The notes: generated from the sequence alone by a model not told the origin. 64,000 nt of DNA from an uncultured Candidatus Saccharibacteria bacterium (GCA_964548205.1 CAZJPJ010000004.1:21577-85576); one strand, 5' to 3'; counted from the first letter of the stretch, positions 37,452 to 46,352 are shown. Program-made: numbers and translations.

Positions 37452-37717
37452 TAAAAATCTAGCCTGTAAATATCCTTGTGATGGCCGATGTATAGGAATG
37501 TTACAACATCTCCGGAAAAATGAAAAATGATACGGTAGGCTCTATCTACCCTAAAACTCCAAATATTCAACTGCTTTGGAGAAAGTTTCTCAGTATTAAG
37601 AGAAGGATAAAACATATTAGCCCGAAACACAGCCTCCTGTTTCTGAGCTTTTCGTTGAATTACAGGTGTTAATTGTTCATACATACGAATAAATTTTCGT
37701 GTATAAACAATCTGCAT
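37451..37717 (-). CDS. RelE/ParE-family toxin (type II TA)
   Basis: 88 aa; ...LRVDRAYRIIFHFSGDVVTFLYIGHHKDIYR resembles the C-terminal motif of the RelE/ParE fold. Confidence 0.6.
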   Translation of the reverse strand: MQIVYTRKFIRMYEQLTPVIQRKAQKQEAVFRANMFYPSLNTEKLSPKQLNIWSFRVDRAYRIIFHFSGDVVTFLYIGHHKDIYRLDF

Positions 37718-37723
37718 TTTGTT

Positions 37724-37918
37724 TTAGATGTACTTTAGACTTTTAGCTTTGACTACCCTACCCTCCTTCATATCAGCAAGTGACTCTTTCATATCTTTGA
37801 CAAATTTGGGTTCAAACATATCCAAAGAACCTGCAATTCTCTCAAGAGCGTTCAGATCAACGGAAATATTGTATTTCTTTGACTTATGATTTTTTGTTGT
37901 AATTATCATCAAATTCAT
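37724..37918 (-). CDS. cognate antitoxin (small, upstream of the toxin)
   Basis: 64 aa; position and size fit a RelB/Phd-type antitoxin; a 6-nt gap separates it from the toxin. Confidence 0.45.
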   Translation of the reverse strand: MNLMIITTKNHKSKKYNISVDLNALERIAGSLDMFEPKFVKDMKESLADMKEGRVVKAKSLKYI

Positions 37919-37937
37919 AAGTTTATTATAGCATATA

Positions 37938-38093
37938 TTACTTCTTACTTTCCTTGAAAACGACCCTCTTTCGGAGCTTTTTGGAATATTTTTTGAGCTC
38001 GATTTTACGCTCTACTTTTTTCTTGTTTTTGCGTGTCCAATACACCTCCCCAGTAGTTTTGTGCACTAGTTTTATCAGTTGATCTTGAGACAT
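37938..38093 (-). CDS. rpmG: 50S ribosomal protein bL33
   Basis: Hand translation gives MSQDQLIKLVHKTTGEVYWTRKNKKKVERKIELKKYSKKLRKRVVFKESKK, which resembles the E. coli L33 pattern IKLV..TG..Y.T.KNKR...KLELKK.....R.V.YKE.K. At 51 aa it is below the track cutoff. Confidence 0.8.
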   Translation of the reverse strand: MSQDQLIKLVHKTTGEVYWTRKNKKKVERKIELKKYSKKLRKRVVFKESKK

Positions 38094-38109
38094 AGGCTTC
38101 AATATAACA

Positions 38110-38949
38110 CTATTTTAATAGCTGTGCAAACCCTCCCATAAGCTCTTCGGTAACTCTCCCAATAGCCCCACCCCCCACTACAGAATCATCTATTTTGACT
38201 ATCGGCACTATATCTTTGAATGAAGAAGTTATAAAGACCTCATCCGCCTCATAGAGCTCCTTGGTATAAACCCTTCTTTCTTCTACCTTATATTTATCCT
38301 TGGCAAGATCGAGTACGACCTTGCGAGTGATGCCATAAAGCACCTCGTCCGATGGAGTGATGATAGTATTATCCTTGACCATAAAAATGTTACTAGTTGC
38401 ACACTCATACACTTCCCCATCTTTGGTATAGAGCACTTCTACTGCACCCTCTTGTTTTCTATGGTCCTGCAAACTCACACCTCTGATATAGTTTGTAGTT
38501 TTATATTCTGGAAATTCTCTCAAAAAATCTACGGTTATAAGCGCAGCCCCATTTTCATAATAATTTTTGGGTAAAGATACAAACTTCTCGACAATGATAT
38601 AAAAAGTAGGATTTGCAAACTCATACTCTATACCTGCAATGGTCCGCCCGCCGGTTAGGATCAACCTTACATTGCCGCGATTACAAACATCACCCACACA
38701 ACCATTTTTGATTGCAAGTTCTTCTATCTTTTTTTCTACTACTTCTGGAGCATACGGAATGTTGAGATTGAGAAACCTTGCCCCACTCACAAACCTATTC
38801 CAGTGATCTTCAAAGTGAAAAACTTTGCCATTTATGACCGCAAGCCCGTCATATATGCCATACCCTCTCAAAAGCCCTATGTCTTCAATTCCGATCTTAG
38901 CCTCTTTAAGCGGCATTATCTCTCCGTTTAGAAAACAATATTCCATCAT
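38110..38949 (-). CDS. dat: class IV PLP aminotransferase, probably D-amino-acid aminotransferase
   Basis: Fold-type IV pattern (GLLRGYGIYDG... ; ...EVFITSS). Overlaps the murD stop by 4 nt. Confidence 0.65.
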   Translation of the reverse strand: MMEYCFLNGEIMPLKEAKIGIEDIGLLRGYGIYDGLAVINGKVFHFEDHWNRFVSGARFLNLNIPYAPEVVEKKIEELAIKNGCVGDVCNRGNVRLILTGGRTIAGIEYEFANPTFYIIVEKFVSLPKNYYENGAALITVDFLREFPEYKTTNYIRGVSLQDHRKQEGAVEVLYTKDGEVYECATSNIFMVKDNTIITPSDEVLYGITRKVVLDLAKDKYKVEERRVYTKELYEADEVFITSSFKDIVPIVKIDDSVVGGGAIGRVTEELMGGFAQLLK

Positions 38950-40301
38950 TTTTGTTTTATACTATCTACTAATAAATTAAACTTCTCTCCCCGATCAAAT
39001 TCATTTTTAAATTTTTCAAAACTCTTGGCCCCCGGTGAAAAGATGATAGCGGTTTTTTTGTTATCAGTTGATTTTGTAAGATCCAAAGCTCTTTTAAAGC
39101 ATTCGTCCAACGAACCATACTCTTGATAACTCTGATAAGAGAGAGCGTTCTTGAGTTTTTCTGTAGCACTACCAGATATAAGTATAAGATTTTCTCTATC
39201 TATCCTTTTATTTATGGCTTCTGCTAAAGGTTTTAGTTCGAGCTCCTTATCGGTACCACCAGCTATGAGTACAGTCCTTTCGCTACCAAACCTTTCTATA
39301 GCAGCAACAGTTGCTTCAGGAGAAGTAGCAGCAGAATCGTTGTATATCTTCAAATTTGCATCAGAATATACAAGCTCCTGTCTAAATTTTATCTGGGGCA
39401 AAGTTTCTACAGCTTTCCTTATATCTGTGTTTATAACTCCAGCAAGAAGTGCGGCTTCAGTAGCAAATAACAGATTGGTGGTATTGTGCAGCCCCCACTT
39501 TTCTTCAAATCTTTTTAGAAAAGCATCGTCATAAACATCAGGATGATTTATATACAAAACTTGTCTGCCATGCCTCAAATCTGAAAAGTATTTTGACCAT
39601 TGTTGATTGTAATCAAGAATAAGAACGTGATCACTAGATTGGCCCAAGAAAATATTTGCTTTTATTCTTGCATAATTTTCGATATTTTTGTGCCGGTTCA
39701 GATGATCAGGATAAATATTGGTGATAATAGCAACAATAGGATCAAAGTTATATTTGTCCACCAGCTCCAAATGATACGAAGGCACTTCTAGGACTACTAT
39801 GCTTTCTTCGTTTATCGAATCTAATGCCTGAAGAAACGGATTTTCTGGATTGTTACCAAGTAAAAAAGTATTTGGAAACTTACTCTTTATAAGATGGTAG
39901 GTCCATGCTGATGTTGTAGTCTTACCTCTCGTCCCTGTAATTGCAACTACTTTCTTACTTTTGCAATATTTATAAAAGAGAGTCAGCTCATTTTCTATCA
40001 ACTTACCTTTTGCTCTTGCCAGCTCTACGTACTTATTATCACTCGGTACATCAGGGTTAATGACAATTATATCGTTATTCAAAAAGTCCAACTCATCATG
40101 CCTACCAAGTTTATAATGTATACGATCTTCAAATTCTTTGAGTTTTTCAATAGAAGAGTTCAGAGCTTCAGCATCCTTCAAGTCTGTGATAGTCAGAAAT
40201 ACTCCTTGATTCAAAAGCCATCTTGCAGTAGCCACTCCGCCACCCAAGATGCCCAAACCCATAAGTAAAACTCTTTTTTCTCTTAGAATCATTTTAGACA
40301 C
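38946..40301 (-). CDS. murD: UDP-N-acetylmuramoylalanine--D-glutamate ligase
   Basis: N-terminal Rossmann region GLGILGGGVA; VVAITGTRGKTTTSAWTYHLI P-loop; C-terminal GGTDKELE. Confidence 0.85.
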   Translation of the reverse strand: MSKMILREKRVLLMGLGILGGGVATARWLLNQGVFLTITDLKDAEALNSSIEKLKEFEDRIHYKLGRHDELDFLNNDIIVINPDVPSDNKYVELARAKGKLIENELTLFYKYCKSKKVVAITGTRGKTTTSAWTYHLIKSKFPNTFLLGNNPENPFLQALDSINEESIVVLEVPSYHLELVDKYNFDPIVAIITNIYPDHLNRHKNIENYARIKANIFLGQSSDHVLILDYNQQWSKYFSDLRHGRQVLYINHPDVYDDAFLKRFEEKWGLHNTTNLLFATEAALLAGVINTDIRKAVETLPQIKFRQELVYSDANLKIYNDSAATSPEATVAAIERFGSERTVLIAGGTDKELELKPLAEAINKRIDRENLILISGSATEKLKNALSYQSYQEYGSLDECFKRALDLTKSTDNKKTAIIFSPGAKSFEKFKNEFDRGEKFNLLVDSIKQK

Positions 40302-41826
40302 TTGTTATTTTCTCGATACTTGCACCGATACTATTGAGCCTATCGACCACATCTTCATAACCACGAGTGATGGAGTAGACATTTCTCAACACAGACGTCC
40401 CACTTGCGGCAAGCATTGCTATAAGGATAATCATCGCAGGTCGCAAGGCTGGAGGACATACCACCTGAGCCCCCTTTAATAGGGTTGGACCGTTTACAAA
40501 AGCTCGGTGGGGATCGACTAGAGTAATGCTGGCTCCCAACTTATTTAGCTCAGTAAAGTGTATAGCCCTATCTTCCCACATCCAGTCGTGTATAAGAGTG
40601 CGACCTTGTGCTTGTGTGGCAATAGGTACAAAAAACGGTAGGTTGTCAGAGTTTAATCCCGGATATGGCAAAGCGTGCAATTTATCATGCGGAGCACTGA
40701 GCTTGGATGGCAAGACAGTTATATCTACGAGCTTAGTGTGACCATTCTTTGCAAGATATGATTTTGATATCAAAAATTTTTGACCCATCTTTTCCAATTT
40801 CAAGACCTCAAGCTGTAGGAAATCTATCGGGCATCTTTTTACTACAAGCCTTGAATTTGTGGTTATAGCAGCAGAAAGAAACATCATAGACTCTATCGGG
40901 TCTTCACTATTTTCATACTCCACATTCTGATTGATCTCCTTTAGCCCCGTCACCTGAAGAGTGGTAGTGCCTATGCCTTCTATCTTCACACCCAACTTCT
41001 GCAGGAAAAAGCAAACCTCCTGCACTTGATAATTCGGGGGTGCAAAACTTATCTTGGTAGTACCCTCAATCAAAGAAGCCAGCATTATGGCATTTTCGGC
41101 GGCAGTATCGCTCGATTCGTAAAGTACTATCTCGTTAGCCTTCAGCTTTTTTGTAGTTATTTCATATTTACCATCCAGACTTTTTATATTCACCCCCAAA
41201 TCTTCGAAGGCAAATTTATGAGCGGCAATAGTTCTCTCTCCCATCTTGCAACCACCTGTATGAAGCATAGGAAAATTCCCAAGATTGTGCACAAAAGCAG
41301 GTATGAGCATCAGACTAGAACGGACACTAGCTACTGATTTGTGCATCAGTCCAGTTTTCTCAAATGTTTTTGGAGGCACGATCTCCAGCGTATGGAGATC
41401 GAGCCAGCGAGTCTTTACTCCCAAATTGCTAAATATCTCTAACATTCTGTTTACCTCTTCGATGCGCGGCATACCTCTAAGAGTAGTAACCCCTTTGTTT
41501 AAAAGCGCAGCACAAAGAAGCCCCATAGCACCATTTTTAGATGGATTTGTGGTAATAGAACCTTTGAGTTTCTTACCACCATGCACCTTAAAATCTACGG
41601 TATCAGAAAGTGAGACGATCTTGTGATCTAGAGCATCGCTGATACGCATCAACTCCTGAGCAGTAAGATTCTGACCACCACGCTCTATCCTAGCAATAGC
41701 ACTTTGGGAAGTGTTCAATCGTTTGGCTAGATCTCCTTGGGTAAGAAGCCTCTTTTCCCTCAACTTTTTGATAAAAGCTCCTATTGCCTTCTGACTCTGA
41801 TCGGTAATGTTTTGCACATTTTTCAT
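40294..41826 (-). CDS. murA: fusion of an N-terminal XRE-family HTH domain to UDP-N-acetylglucosamine 1-carboxyvinyltransferase (MurA)
   Basis: Residues 15-75: LTQGDLAKRLNTSQSAIARIERGGQNLTAQELMRISDAL, a Cro/C1 HTH. From about residue 85 the MurA features begin: KNGAMGLLCAALL...; the Cys/Asp loop ...HTGGCKMGERTIAA; C-terminal ...RGYEDVVDRLNSIGASIEKI. Confidence 0.8.
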   Translation of the reverse strand: MKNVQNITDQSQKAIGAFIKKLREKRLLTQGDLAKRLNTSQSAIARIERGGQNLTAQELMRISDALDHKIVSLSDTVDFKVHGGKKLKGSITTNPSKNGAMGLLCAALLNKGVTTLRGMPRIEEVNRMLEIFSNLGVKTRWLDLHTLEIVPPKTFEKTGLMHKSVASVRSSLMLIPAFVHNLGNFPMLHTGGCKMGERTIAAHKFAFEDLGVNIKSLDGKYEITTKKLKANEIVLYESSDTAAENAIMLASLIEGTTKISFAPPNYQVQEVCFFLQKLGVKIEGIGTTTLQVTGLKEINQNVEYENSEDPIESMMFLSAAITTNSRLVVKRCPIDFLQLEVLKLEKMGQKFLISKSYLAKNGHTKLVDITVLPSKLSAPHDKLHALPYPGLNSDNLPFFVPIATQAQGRTLIHDWMWEDRAIHFTELNKLGASITLVDPHRAFVNGPTLLKGAQVVCPPALRPAMIILIAMLAASGTSVLRNVYSITRGYEDVVDRLNSIGASIEKITSV

Positions 41827-41855
41827 GGTATAAAATATATCATATGTGATATATT

Positions 41856-42851
41856 GTGTGTATGACTATTGTGGAAAAAGATGCTTTTATACCAAACTCT
41901 ATGAGCTTAGAATCGCGAGCCAGACTGCTTGTCCGAGCCAAAAGCCGGGCGGACATAGTAGAAGCTTGTGAGCTTTCTGATCGCGAGAAGTTACCTCTCT
42001 TGGCTATAGGAGGCGGCACCAATGTCATACTTGGTCCTAAGATCGAAGCTCTTGTGCTACTTATGGAAAATATGGGGGTGGAGATAGGCCCCATATCTAC
42101 AGTGCAAGCAGGGGAAGATTGGGACAGCTTCGTAGCCAAAGCAGTCGGAGTAGGACTCTCTGGTATAGAAAGTCTTAGCGCTATACCAGGAAGCACTGGA
42201 GCGGCACCTGTCCAAAATATCGGGGCTTATGGTTCGGAGATAAAAGATATTCTCATATCGGTAGAGGCTTATGATAGAGAGAAAACAGAGTTTGTAGAAA
42301 TAAACAACAAAGATTGCGGTTTTGGATATAGGGAAAGTGTTTTCAAAAGAGAGCCGAATAAATTTGTCATTGCATCGATAAAGTTAAAACTAAACACTAA
42401 CAAACCAAAAGTGCCGGAATACAAAGATGCTATAAAATATTTCGCAGACAGAAACATCACCTCCCCTACTCTGCAAGAAATACGAGAAGCTATAATAGAG
42501 ATACGGAGCAACAAACTACCTGACCCAAAAGAAATACCGAACTGCGGTTCTTTTTTCAAAAACCCGATTTTAGATCTTCCATCACTTGATAAACTGAAGA
42601 CCGTTTTGCCTGCAATACCTACATTCCCTTTCGGAGACTCATACAAAGTACCAGCAGGACACCTCATAGAACAAGCGGGTTTTAAGGGTAAAGAGATAGG
42701 TAAAATAAAAGTTTATGAACACAACGCACTAGTGCTTACAAATCCAAACAATGGATCCTACCAAGATATTTTAAGCGCGAAGGAGACCATAGAAAAAGAT
42801 GTTTTGGAAAAATTCGGCATTAAATTAGAACCAGAAGTAAATTTTGTATAA
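41856..42851 (+). CDS. murB: UDP-N-acetylenolpyruvoylglucosamine reductase
   Basis: FAD-binding LLAIGGGTNVILGPK...GIESLSAIPGSTGAAPVQNIGAYG. Confidence 0.85.
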   Translation: MCMTIVEKDAFIPNSMSLESRARLLVRAKSRADIVEACELSDREKLPLLAIGGGTNVILGPKIEALVLLMENMGVEIGPISTVQAGEDWDSFVAKAVGVGLSGIESLSAIPGSTGAAPVQNIGAYGSEIKDILISVEAYDREKTEFVEINNKDCGFGYRESVFKREPNKFVIASIKLKLNTNKPKVPEYKDAIKYFADRNITSPTLQEIREAIIEIRSNKLPDPKEIPNCGSFFKNPILDLPSLDKLKTVLPAIPTFPFGDSYKVPAGHLIEQAGFKGKEIGKIKVYEHNALVLTNPNNGSYQDILSAKETIEKDVLEKFGIKLEPEVNFV

Positions 42852-44220
42852 TTTATACATGAATATTTTTGATAAAAAAAAATATCATTTTATAGGCATA
42901 GGGGGGATCGGCATATCGGCTATTGCCAGAATGCTTGTCTTGCAAGGCAAAAAAGTAAGCGGGAGTGACAGTGCAAAATCAGAGATAACGGATGATCTAG
43001 AAAAGATCGGGGTAAAAATATACATAGGGCAAAGAGCGGAAAACATTGCACCTGATACGGAAGTGGTTATCTATACTATCGCAATACCAGATACCAACCC
43101 AGAGATGCGAGAAGCTATGAAGAAAGCGGGTGGAGCAAAATCAGCAACGGAGCGAACATCCGCAGTGCAACGAGGACAAGAGAGCGAAATAGCTACTTTC
43201 GCTTCACCCAATTTATTATGTCTTTCTTACCCCGAAGCACTTGGTGAGCTTTCTAGGCAAAAATACACCATAGCCATATCAGGTACCCACGGCAAGACCA
43301 CAACCACTGCCATGATCGCCCACATTATGGAAAAGGCAGGACTCGACCCAACTGTCATCATAGGTTCAAAGATGCTCAGTGGTGACGGAGATAGTGCACA
43401 AACTAACTTTCATGCAGGTAAGAGCAAGTACTTGGTAGCCGAAGCTTGCGAATACCGCCGTTCATTCCTCAATCTTTCCCCTACAATACTTGTGATAACA
43501 AACATCGAACCTGACCACCTTGATTACTACAAAGATTTCGATGATATAAAGAGCGCCTTTGAAGAACTAAAAGCAAAAGTACCAGAAAACGGGTTTGTAG
43601 TAGATGAAAATGAATACAGCAAGATCACACAAACATTCCCTCTCCCCATGGCCGGTGAGCACAATATGAAAAATGCTCGAGCTGCCATATGTGCTGTCAG
43701 TAAAATAGGAGTAAGTGTCGAAAAAGCTATCAAATATCTTCAGGACTTTAGAGGCACTTGGCGCAGACTCGAATATAAGGGTAGTATCTCAAATAAAGAC
43801 GGAGAGCAAAACAGTATGATATTTTATGACGACTACGCCCACCACCCTACTGCCATAGAAGCTACGCTCAGAGCTCTTAGAGAAAAGTACCCAGATCACA
43901 CACTCATAGCAGTATTTGAACCTCATCAACAGAAACGGACTAAAGATTTTTTTGATCAGTTTGTCACTTCCCTCTCACTTGCCGACCTTGCCTTCATCGC
44001 CCCAATATACATGGCCCGCGAAGAAAAGGACCCAAGCATCTCAAACACTATTCTCGCAGATACTATAAACAAAAATATCCCTGCCAAACCAATCGCTAAT
44101 GTAGATGAACTTAAAGCATACTTGGATCGTATCGATAATTCCAAGCCTATCTGCGTGGCTATGATGGGAGCTGGTGATATTTATAAGTACACCCAAGCTC
44201 TTTTATCAAAAACCTCATAA
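42844..44220 (+). CDS. murC: UDP-N-acetylmuramate--L-alanine ligase
   Basis: GIGGIGISAIARML; IAISGTHGKTTTTAMIAHIM; DHLDYY. Confidence 0.85.
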   Translation: MYNLYMNIFDKKKYHFIGIGGIGISAIARMLVLQGKKVSGSDSAKSEITDDLEKIGVKIYIGQRAENIAPDTEVVIYTIAIPDTNPEMREAMKKAGGAKSATERTSAVQRGQESEIATFASPNLLCLSYPEALGELSRQKYTIAISGTHGKTTTTAMIAHIMEKAGLDPTVIIGSKMLSGDGDSAQTNFHAGKSKYLVAEACEYRRSFLNLSPTILVITNIEPDHLDYYKDFDDIKSAFEELKAKVPENGFVVDENEYSKITQTFPLPMAGEHNMKNARAAICAVSKIGVSVEKAIKYLQDFRGTWRRLEYKGSISNKDGEQNSMIFYDDYAHHPTAIEATLRALREKYPDHTLIAVFEPHQQKRTKDFFDQFVTSLSLADLAFIAPIYMAREEKDPSISNTILADTINKNIPAKPIANVDELKAYLDRIDNSKPICVAMMGAGDIYKYTQALLSKTS

Positions 44221-44453
44221 CGATCACAGCTCGCTGGCGAAGCACAGCGAGCTGGTTGGGGCGATCATTCATCGCCTGAATTATTTGGACTGCCATGGCC
44301 AATAGCTGCAAATAGCAGTCCGAAAAATACAACAAAAATAGCGATCAGTGGCATCCATCGCATATGTATAGACCCCTTCTTGGACGCGAGTTTCTTGTTC
44401 TAACCTAAATTTAACACGACTAACAAAACTAGGCATTGTGGATAGGTTTGAAC

Positions 44454-44483
44454 TTGACAAGGTGCTATATACTATGCTATAAT
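44454..44483 (+). promoter_or_regulatory. consensus sigma70-type promoter (TTGACA, 18-nt spacer, TATAAT)
   Basis: ttgaca-aggtgctatatactatgc-tataat, about 25 nt upstream of the 44510 ATG. Confidence 0.5.
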
Positions 44484-44509
44484 ATAGGTATTATTCCTAT
44501 ATTGGAAAT

Positions 44510-44971
44510 ATGAGTAAAATATCAAAAATAGCTTTAATAACAGGCCTCTCTACCCTTTTCGCCCTCAGCGCTAGTGCACAGACAATAGTAAGGGCAGAGG
44601 CTAGTACTCCCGATAGTATAAAAGTAGGCAAAGAGCAGACAGTAAACTGGAGTAGCGAGCATTTTCCAAAAGGAGCCTTCGTGCATATCAACCTTATAGA
44701 AAAAGTATCTGACTCCCCCAACACTTACGAGCTTGTAAGGAGACTTGCAGAATATAGCGTAAATGATGGCAATGAGACATGGGTGCCAGAAAGAGTAGAT
44801 ATGGGCAAGGAACTTTATATCGAAGTCACTTGTGCCGGAGCCACTAGATTCCCAGACGGATGTTCTTCTGCATTGCCTACAAGTAAGTTTGCAGTAGAGA
44901 GCAGTTTCGGCAGCAATCTTGCAAATATCTACACTGCATTTGTAGAATTCTTGGGTAGCGTGCTCAAATAA
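44510..44971 (+). CDS. hypothetical secreted protein (Sec signal peptide)
   Basis: MSKISKIALITGLSTLFALSASAQ signal; 153 aa. Confidence 0.5.
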   Translation: MSKISKIALITGLSTLFALSASAQTIVRAEASTPDSIKVGKEQTVNWSSEHFPKGAFVHINLIEKVSDSPNTYELVRRLAEYSVNDGNETWVPERVDMGKELYIEVTCAGATRFPDGCSSALPTSKFAVESSFGSNLANIYTAFVEFLGSVLK

Positions 44972-44989
44972 ATAAAGAAAAAATAAAAG

Positions 44990-45019
44990 CAAAAAACGAG
45001 CCTCAGTCTCGTTTTTTGG
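44990..45019 (+). terminator. intrinsic terminator
   Basis: aaaaaacgag-cctcagt-ctcgttttttgg. Confidence 0.55.
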
Positions 45020-45038
45020 TAAAACTGAACCCCCAAGC

Positions 45039-45341
45039 TCATCTGTAAAGACGCCAGGCCACCACCTGATGTTGCGGGAACACAGAATTGGGCAAACACC
45101 CATACGGTTCTATCGGATATAACCACACCAGTTCTGAGTGACCGAAGCCAATTGTTGCAAATGAGAACATGCCATTTCGCAACAAAATACAAAAAGTGCG
45201 CGCTCGGATACTGTGCTCCGGCAACTCAGGCAGCGGTCTAGTATTAAAACTCAAACGGCGCTCCCGCACAAACCGACTCATTCTTAGCCCGAGAGACCAG
45301 AATCGACTTTCTAGTTCCACTATTTCAACTTGTGTGCTCAT
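45039..45341 (-). CDS. hypothetical protein (100 aa), GC-elevated, unrecognised
   Basis: AGAGGTGA Shine-Dalgarno site then ATG; no motifs recognised. Confidence 0.3.
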   Translation of the reverse strand: MSTQVEIVELESRFWSLGLRMSRFVRERRLSFNTRPLPELPEHSIRARTFCILLRNGMFSFATIGFGHSELVWLYPIEPYGCLPNSVFPQHQVVAWRLYR

Positions 45342-45462
45342 AGATCACCTCTGCAACAAAACTAACATTTAAGGCCTGAATTTCCAAGTATCCTTATTAC
45401 AATAATATCAATATCCAGACTACTTTTATTTAATGATTTTTATGATAAAATCTGCATTATCG

Positions 45463-45511
45463 CGTCGGTGGTAGAGCTTGCCCCGCCACGGCGGGGTGAA
45501 GTCAATTACAA
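45463..45511 (+). repeat. tRNA-Tyr 5' fragment (positions 1-27) with a 25-nt GC hairpin inserted in the D-loop, immediately upstream of the GIY-YIG gene
   Basis: gcgtcggtggtagag [cttgccccgccacggcggggtgaag] tcaattacaa compared with the intact tRNA's gcgtcggtggtagagtggtcaattacaa. Confidence 0.65.
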
Positions 45512-45512
45512 T

Positions 45513-45755
45513 ATGTGGTATGTATATATTCTCAAAAGCTTGAAGGATGAAAAATACTATATAGGTTGTACAGATAATTTAGAGAGAAGAATTGATCAAC
45601 ACAACAGAGGAGAAAATTCATCGACTAGATTCCGGAGACCTTTTGAGTTAATCTATACAGAAACATACGCGAATAGCAGTATTGCTTATTCGAGAGAAAA
45701 GAAAATAAAAAGATACAAAGGTGGAAATACCTTTAGGAAATTGATAAGTAAATAA
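45513..45755 (+). CDS. GIY-YIG nuclease family protein (small, UPF0213/YhbQ-like)
   Basis: MWYVYILKSLKDEKYYIGCTDNLERRIDQHNRG, the GIY-YIG motif. The ATG at 45513 is preferred; the track ORF starts from an upstream GTG that lies inside the tRNA fragment. Confidence 0.7.
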   Translation: MWYVYILKSLKDEKYYIGCTDNLERRIDQHNRGENSSTRFRRPFELIYTETYANSSIAYSREKKIKRYKGGNTFRKLISK

Positions 45756-45756
45756 T

Positions 45757-45840
45757 GCGTCGGTGGTAGAGTGGTCAATTACAACAGACTGTAAATCTGT
45801 CGGCCTTAGGCCTACGCAGGTTCGAATCCTGCCCGGCGCA
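45757..45840 (+). tRNA. tRNA-Tyr (anticodon GTA), class II long variable arm
   Basis: GCGTCGGTGGTAGAGTGGTCAATTACAACAGACTGTAAATCTGTCGGCCTTAGGCCTACGCAGGTTCGAATCCTGCCCGGCGCA. Confidence 0.85.
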
Positions 45841-46037
45841 CAGCGCAAAACAAAACAAAAACAGGATAAATGCCTGTTTTTGTTTTCGTGCCTATGCACG
45901 AGGGAGGATTCGAAAGCCGGAGGGCACGGAGCGAAGCGAAGTCCGAACTTAGCAAAGTTCGGGCCCGAGGTGGGGTCGCGGAAAATTATTTTTGACGAAA
46001 AATAATTTATCTGTGACCGAATCCTGCCCGGCGCACA
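45823..46037 (+). mobile_element. att-like structure: a 20-nt direct repeat of the tRNA-Tyr 3' end (cgaatcctgcccggcgcaca) bounding a roughly 175 bp hairpin-rich segment; remnant of an element integrated at the tRNA 3' end
   Basis: Identical 20-mers at 45823..45842 and 46018..46037; internal palindromes (acaaaaacagg...cctgtttttgt and aaaattattttt-gacg-aaaaataatttt). Confidence 0.55.
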
Positions 46038-46089
46038 ATATCAAACTTTCCGATTTTTATATTACCCCTACTAGATGGTATGCGGTGAA

Positions 46090-46257
46090 TTATTCTTCTT
46101 CAGCTTCAGAAGCTGCCTCGTCGGCTTCTCGTTGAGCTTCGCTAGCGGCTTCTTTGCGATCATCCGCAACGTTCTGTCTATGGCCTGCATGACGATACTT
46201 CTGTGCTTTTTTAGTTCTTCTATCTGCTTCGTCTTCATATTTATTTTTATTTGCCAT
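46090..46257 (-). CDS. candidate 55-aa small charged protein (MANKNKYEDEADRRTKKAQKYRHAGHRQNVADDRKEAASEAQREADEAASEAEEE)
   Basis: Hand-translated; weak Shine-Dalgarno site; overlapped by two longer, less plausible track ORFs. Confidence 0.3.
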   Translation of the reverse strand: MANKNKYEDEADRRTKKAQKYRHAGHRQNVADDRKEAASEAQREADEAASEAEEE

Positions 46258-46352
46258 GATTGTTTTGTTATTTGTAACAATAAAACCATCACGGATATTT
46301 TAAACCGCAGACCATGAATAAATCGTGAAATAGAAGTAATATAGATTGGGAT

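Noticed and set aside
44263-44364. 31-aa hydrophobic minus-strand sORF after murC
   Set aside because: No Shine-Dalgarno site and no conservation evidence is available; it overlaps the murC terminator-like hairpin. Left uncalled.
45468-45512. N-terminal 15 aa of the track's GIY-YIG ORF (GTG start, MVELAPPRRGEVNYN)
   Set aside because: This extension is encoded by the duplicated tRNA-Tyr 5' fragment and its hairpin insert. The ATG at 45513, which begins the conserved MWYVYIL GIY-YIG N-terminus, is the more plausible start.
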